From positions 1 to 64,000 of the forward strand of contig NW_014569534.1 in assembly GCF_000743755.1 (NCBI RefSeq): DNA of 64,000 bases, in the 5' to 3' direction. The DNA comes from Blastocystis sp. subtype 4. Lineage: Eukaryota. Each line of letters starts with the position of its first letter. The first letter of the stretch is position 1. A program made the position numbers and the translations under genes. Shown piece after piece: positions 58,175 through 64,000 of this stretch. A model generated the notes under the pieces. It was not told where the DNA came from. It did not search any database and saw only the letters and a list, made by a program, of their open reading frames with translations.

Positions 58175-61100
58175 CTAAAGCATAGTTCCCAATTTCTGTT
58201 TGACGTCTTCTTCAGAAGAAATAGAATTGATGTCTTCAAGAACAGTAGCATTCAATTTAAGTCTATTTCTTATCTTTATATACAAAATCCTACTTTCGGT
58301 ATAGATTATCCAAAAACGTAGTGAATGAACAGTTGTTATCCTTCTTATTGATAATTTGAATAATTGAATCTCGAAGTTTTGCTTTATCAGAGATATACTT
58401 CGAAAACAGATATTGAACTCTCATGAGGGCCACCGTCTTTGAAGTGAAAGGTCGTTCTACGACTCAGACTTTGATTGAATCACTCACTGTTCGTTTTAGT
58501 GGTAGGTGGAAGTGGATTCAGTCCTAGAGGTTGTCTTGGAGTTGATACTGGAGGTTGTACTGGATTCAACACTGGAGGTGATATTAGAGGCTGCCCTGGA
58601 GGTGATATTAGGGGCTCTCCCGGATTTGACTGAACTGTGTCAGCATCTGATACCGAAAGACGCTTCTCAGCAGGAAGAGACAGATCAATAGATGAACGCT
58701 TTTGGAATAGAGAAGGAGAAGATGTTTGAATGAGTGGAGTTACTTTTGACTTCCCTTTCAGCTTCTTGTTCTCTTTCTTTTCTTGTATCTGTTTGAGTTG
58801 CATTAATTCTACCTCTACTCCTTTCAAGCGATCAGATGCAGCTTGTAACGAAGAGAGTTCTTCAAGTGTCACTGCTGGATGTGTTGATTTGTAAAGATTG
58901 AACTGTTGTTGAGATTCCTGAAGCTGTTGACGAGTTATAGTCAATTGTTGACGAGTTGTATTCAATTGTTGTTCTAATACCATACGAGAACTCTTCATAT
59001 CATCAAGCTGTTTCGATGATTGTGATTGTTGCATGGCAAGAGTCGATTTATACTCCTCCACCTGCTTTTGAAATTGTTCTGCTCGTGTTGATGTACTTGC
59101 TAATACAGCTTGAAGATCCGAATAATTCTTCTGTAACTCCTCTACCATCTTTTGAGTCTCTTCTACTGTCTTCTTGGCTTCGCTTTCACGTCTTAGAGCT
59201 TCATCAATATCTCCTTTACTTAGAACCTCCTTCAAAGCTGTTTCAGAAGCTTGACAAGCTTGCTTCCATTCTTCCACCTTTCTCTGTTCTGTCTGAAGAG
59301 CAGAACGAGTGAATTCTCCTTCTCTCCGAACTAGAACAAGGAGGCTACGAAGTCCTTCAACAGACTCTTCCGAAGCTGGAGTTGATTGAGTTATCTAGGT
59401 TATGATCCAAGCGAATATCCCACATCTGCTAGCTGTGTGTACAGGACATCATTGTGTTTCATCAATGTATCGATTCGAAGCATCAATTCTGCTAGTTTTT
59501 CTTTCTCTTCCTATTGCTTACTGACATAGATCAAACTTACATTCAGCTGTTTCTGATAGTCACAAGTCTCTTGTTCCGCTTTCACACGAGCTGCTTCTGA
59601 AGCTTCTTGACTAGCTCGAGTAGCCTCCAAAGCAACTTCCTTCTCCTGGTTCGCACGCACAAGAGATTGATATCGTTCATCTGATGCTCGTAAATCAGAT
59701 TGCAAACTTTGTACATTTGCATGTTCAGTCTCAATATCCTTCTGAAGGGAGATCATATCCTTCTTGCTTTGTTCCAACTGTCTTTCTACTTCTTGCAACA
59801 TTGCGGTATGTTCTATCTCCTTGGATTGATAGTTCTTCACTTCAGCTTCATGTTCTGTTGCCTGACGTGCCAAAGCAGTTTTCTCCACTTGCAAGGCTGC
59901 CAACTGAGATTTCAACTCCATAATCGCTTTGGCATTGGAGTCCTTGGTCTGTTTCAATTCCTCCTGTAGAGTAACAGCGATTGCCTGACCTTCTTCAATG
60001 TGCTGACGATATCGTTCCACTTCCTTTCTAGTAGCCTTCAGATCCGAAGACGTCTTATCAAGAAGCAGTTGTGTTTCACGCTGTTGAGCAATTGCTGTTG
60101 CCAAAGCCTGAGAATCACCTCCAGCCAGAAGCGAGAGTTGCTCTTGAAGCTTTGTTTCCAGATTATGAACTCGCTGTGCCTGTTCAGATTCTGCAGTTGC
60201 CTTTGCTTGATGGACTCTTTCTCTAATCATGACTCTATGGAATTGTAACTACTGTGAGGCCAGTTGATCCTTCAAATCCTTGATCTGAGCCTTATAACTG
60301 TTCATTTGCTCTCCAAGAATCCTTTCCTTTTCTACTGCCTACCTTTCAACCTCATTCTTCACTCCTACATCCTGAAGTCGATTCATCTGGACTGTTGACA
60401 ATTCGTCTACTCTCTGCTGTTTCTTAGAGACTTCTTCTTGGAGCGATGTGACTTCCATTTCAAGAGAACTAATCTTCTCACGAAGCATCGTTATTGTAGT
60501 AGAAGCATCCTGCTTTGTATCATCAACAAGACGCAAGATCTGAGAACGCTCTTCTCGCCAACCCTCCTCAGCTTCTTGTTGTGCTTGGTTTAGGATATTC
60601 AACTGGTCCATTTGTTGTCGTAGTTCACTCAATGCATGTTCTGAAGCTAGAAGTCGTGATGACACAGAATCCAACTCTTGCTGTTTGGCTTGGAGAGATG
60701 ATTGGAGGGTAGCTGAACTCTCTGTCAATTGTTGAGCATTCATCTCCATTGTCGATACAAGACTGCTTAGCCGAGTCACTTCTTCACGTGCTGCTGCCGC
60801 ACAACGTCGCTCAGTCTCTGCTTCACGACGAGCTCGATCAATTTCAGCTCCCTTACTTGCGATCTCGAGTTGTAGTGTTTCAACTTCCGTTACAAGAGAA
60901 GGATCAGGAGGAGAGACTGATTTAGGTAGTGGAGTAGCATTTGACGCATTTTGGGTCAACAAAATGCGATACATATCCCGCTGACGAATGAGTTCCTTTA
61001 CACTTTCTTCCTGTTTCTCTCGCTCCTCTTTTAATGTCTGTAATGCCTTTTCCAACTCGATCAGATGCGATCCTTCTTCACCTTCCTTTGGTTCCATTGT

Positions 61101-62948
61101 CTGTTGTTGTTCCAATGTATAAACACGAAGCAAAAGAGCATGATTGCTCTCAAGAAGTTCATCCAGATTCGAATACAGTACCGTCTTATCATCACCCGTC
61201 ATCACATCAATTCGTTGGCGTAACACACTCCGTAACTGTGCTTGCATATCCTTTGCTACCTTCTCTAATGGTTCGACAGAAGCTTGAACTCTCTTCAACT
61301 CCTTCTGCAATGAAGCAATCTCCTTCTGTTTATCTTTAATCTCACTTGACAGACTTGCATACACTGTTGAAACACGATCTTGATTTGCCTTCAATTCATC
61401 ACGTTCTTGGGTTAGCTGAGCAATCCAGGGTGTTCTGTCTTCGAGTTCCTTCAATACGCGATCCAACTGACTATACATCACATCTCCAAGTCATCCTCAC
61501 TTTTCAGCATAAATCTTAGCTCGTTCAAGTCGTGAACACTCTTCTTCCATCTTCACAACGCGAGCATACAAATCGACTGCTCGTAAACCATGTTGTTCCA
61601 GTTCTTCCTTCATATGCTCAGGATCTGAATGCAAGGATTTCAAGATAAGATTCGTCTCTTCCTGAATCGAATGATGTACTGATTCAGAATGATCTCGTAT
61701 TCTTTGAGTCTCTTCTAATTCCTTTTTCATCTTTGCATACTCTTCTCGGAGTTGTTGCTGTTCCTTTCCTGCATCCTCCAGGGCTTCTTGCATCTGGTCT
61801 GTGATCGACCGCAGTGTCTTCAGTTGATTCTGTGTCGAAACCAGCAACTCGTCCTTCCTACATTCATTAGCCACCTTTAGAACCTACGCTTTGAGAAGAT
61901 GGCTCTGATCTTGTAAGGCCTGCTGGGAGCGAGACTTCAATTCTGTGAGAGATGCATTGGTAGCATAGAAGGACTTTGTTGACTCCTCTAATCGGGCTTG
62001 TAAGAGGACCAACTACGAATTAAACTCGTTGTCAACACAGACTTCCTGCTTCACTGTCATTAAATGACGTTTCGCTTCTGTTTCAGAGGCTGTTACCTTT
62101 GAGAGATCTTGCACGAATCGGTTACGATCCTGACTCCACAAAGAACTCTCCGAAGAGAAGGAGGACTCAAGAGCAGCAATGGTTGCTTCCTTATCTTTGA
62201 TACGAGAAGTCTACATTCAAAAGGCATCCATAAAGTTACCAAAACATCAACTTGTTGTTGTAAAGTTGTTTGCTGAAGCTGAATAGTCGTTTTCTCCATG
62301 TTCATAGAATTGAGATCCTTCTGAAGAGATAGAATGGTCTGCTTTTGCTAGAATTGAAAACAAGTATGCAGAGGAACTTCTTCACATTGCCTTGTTGTTT
62401 CTTCAAACTGAGACTGGAGAACCCGGAGTTCTCGTTGCCTTTCAGATTCCTTATTCTTTAGATTCCAAGACTCATCTTGGCTCTGATGAAGCAATTTCGT
62501 CAATTCATAGACTTTTTCTTCCAGCCGCTTTTTTTTCGACAATAATGAGTCAAAATTCACCTACTACTAACAAAATGGAAAACAGAGCTACATCTACTGG
62601 CTGCCCTCTCTTTAAACTAGTAGCAATTTGTTCACGAAGTTCTCTATTTTCAGTTTCAGTTTCACCGAGTTTCTTTCGGACTTCCAAGAATTGGCTCTCC
62701 AAATCGATATAGGTTTGTTCTAAATTGATGAATTCTAGGTCATAAAGAATGATAAAACGAAAATACCACTTCGTGCTATTGCTTTGGCAGTTGCAACGTC
62801 ATCTTGAAGAGATTCCAGTTGCGAAATCAAACGGTCGATTACATTCTTCTCTTCGGTTGGAATGGAACTATATACTTCCAACTCCTATGAGATTACCAAG
62901 TTCCTCCCAATGACACACTGATGAGGAGAGAAAGTTCTCAACTGTCAT
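58175..62948 (-). CDS. Long coiled-coil protein, TPR/Mlp1-like nuclear basket nucleoporin
   Basis: DLYARVV, LDRVLKELEDRTPWIAQL, YSNLDELLESNHALLLRV, ELIRQRDMYRILL, LRSLLVLVRREGE resemble TPR/Mlp blocks. Confidence 0.75.
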
Positions 62949-63054
62949 GACAAATGCTGTTTAAGACAACAAAATCTGTATCGAGGAAGCAAGAGTGTTA
63001 TTGAAATTCAAGGAATCACTAAACGTACAATTGGGTAATCAATCAAACAAGCAA

Positions 63055-64000
63055 CTAAACATAGAATTCTGGATCACGAATAATCCTCTCGATATCTTGA
63101 GTCCATTCAAACGGTGAATCGACGCAAACAGAAGCAAACTCAGGATCGCCTTCAATCAAGCACTATGGTAACATTCACAATCATACTGTACCTTATTCCA
63201 TAGTGACCGTTTGCACCCAGTTTCTTCAAATATATTCACCTCTTGTAAAGCCTACATCGTCATCAACTAGTCCTACCTACATCATTACCCTGTTCAAATT
63301 CCTTTTCTAGATAAGCAATCGGATTATTTGGAACATAGATATCAACATCAAGATACTTCATCTTTTTCAATGGAACCATCATCGGAGATATATCATTGAA
63401 AGCGACATTACGTACCACAATACCCATAGGAGAGTCTTCTATTAATGAGTTATTCTTCATATTAAGACCTGTTGCTCCTAGCTTTGTAGCAATATTCACT
63501 CCAAAACAAATCTCCTGATCCTCTTCGTTGTTAAGAAGGTCCAATCCATACTGACTCATTGTTTTCACTACAGATCCACCTAGATAACAGACAGGATCAA
63601 GAATTACTCGAGATATCGAAATAGTCACAATATTTGCCACTCTTGGGATTCATTGTAGCAAGTAGAATCAAGGAATCAGAGAAACATAGTGATGAAGGAT
63701 ATATCCTTGAATCGTGTCAGTCCAGGGGAATGGAACTCCTAGGAAAACAGCTGCAGCCAAATCCTCTACAAATGAAGAAGGATATTCTACCCAACCATTT
63801 GAGAGAAGTAGTGGAATGGATGCATTGTGAAGTAATTCAGATGTAAGATGAAGCATGGTTCGTTGCTGACGATACCAACTTGATGACCGATACACATTCT
63901 CCACATCACTCAAATCATAGAATGGTTCAGGTAAATAAACAGTCTGTCCATCAGGATAGATTATTTTACTAATATGATACTTACTAGCGAAGGATCTAGA
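63055..64000 (-). CDS. LicD/fukutin-like nucleotidyltransferase-fold protein (5' end outside window)
   Basis: AAAVFLGVPFPWTD (divergent IPWDxD) and IYVPNNPIAYLEKEF; TAG at 63057-63055. Confidence 0.5.

Noticed and set aside
1..64000. tRNA, rRNA or transposon sequences
   Set aside because: None recognised by eye; a covariance-model scan would be needed to exclude small RNAs in the wider spacers

Overview
Gene-dense, AT-rich eukaryotic DNA with about 37 tightly packed protein-coding genes. Introns are very short (most of those traced are 27-37 nt) and intergenic spacers are often under 30 nt. A TGTTTGTT motif sits just downstream of most gene ends. This combination is characteristic of the gut stramenopile Blastocystis (inferred; subtype not determined). 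In at least 7 genes with a perfect motif and 4 with a degenerate one, the genome has no stop codon at the expected end. Instead, the base exactly 5 nt upstream of the motif is an in-frame T or TA, so polyadenylation would complete a UAA stop. This mechanism is already described for Blastocystis, but its consequences here are notable: the catalytic C-terminus of NMT depends on it, one 334-aa ORF is really two genes, and convergent genes share overlapping motifs. Recognisable genes include SPRTN-like, LAMTOR1-like, a bromodomain protein, GPCPD1-like, mitochondrial ClpB/Hsp78, FAD synthase, BDP1, TMEM222/RTE1, uS17m, an FAH-family hydrolase, a tetraspanin, NLE1, an H2A/H2B pair, NMT, SLX9-, Sec20- and Snf7-like genes, a ferric reductase, PSMA3, ELP3, BRWD/PHIP-like, PAK1IP1, PAN2, a SAL1/MET22-type nucleotidase, Maf, MGAT1, TPR-like and LicD-like. 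The best candidates for undescribed biology are an AP2 + TALE-homeodomain fusion transcription factor, an H2A.X-like histone with a strongly acidic tail, and a BRWD protein carrying inserted PDZ and ePHD domains. Exon boundaries and some start codons were read by eye and are approximate. No RNA genes, CRISPR arrays or mobile elements were recognised.
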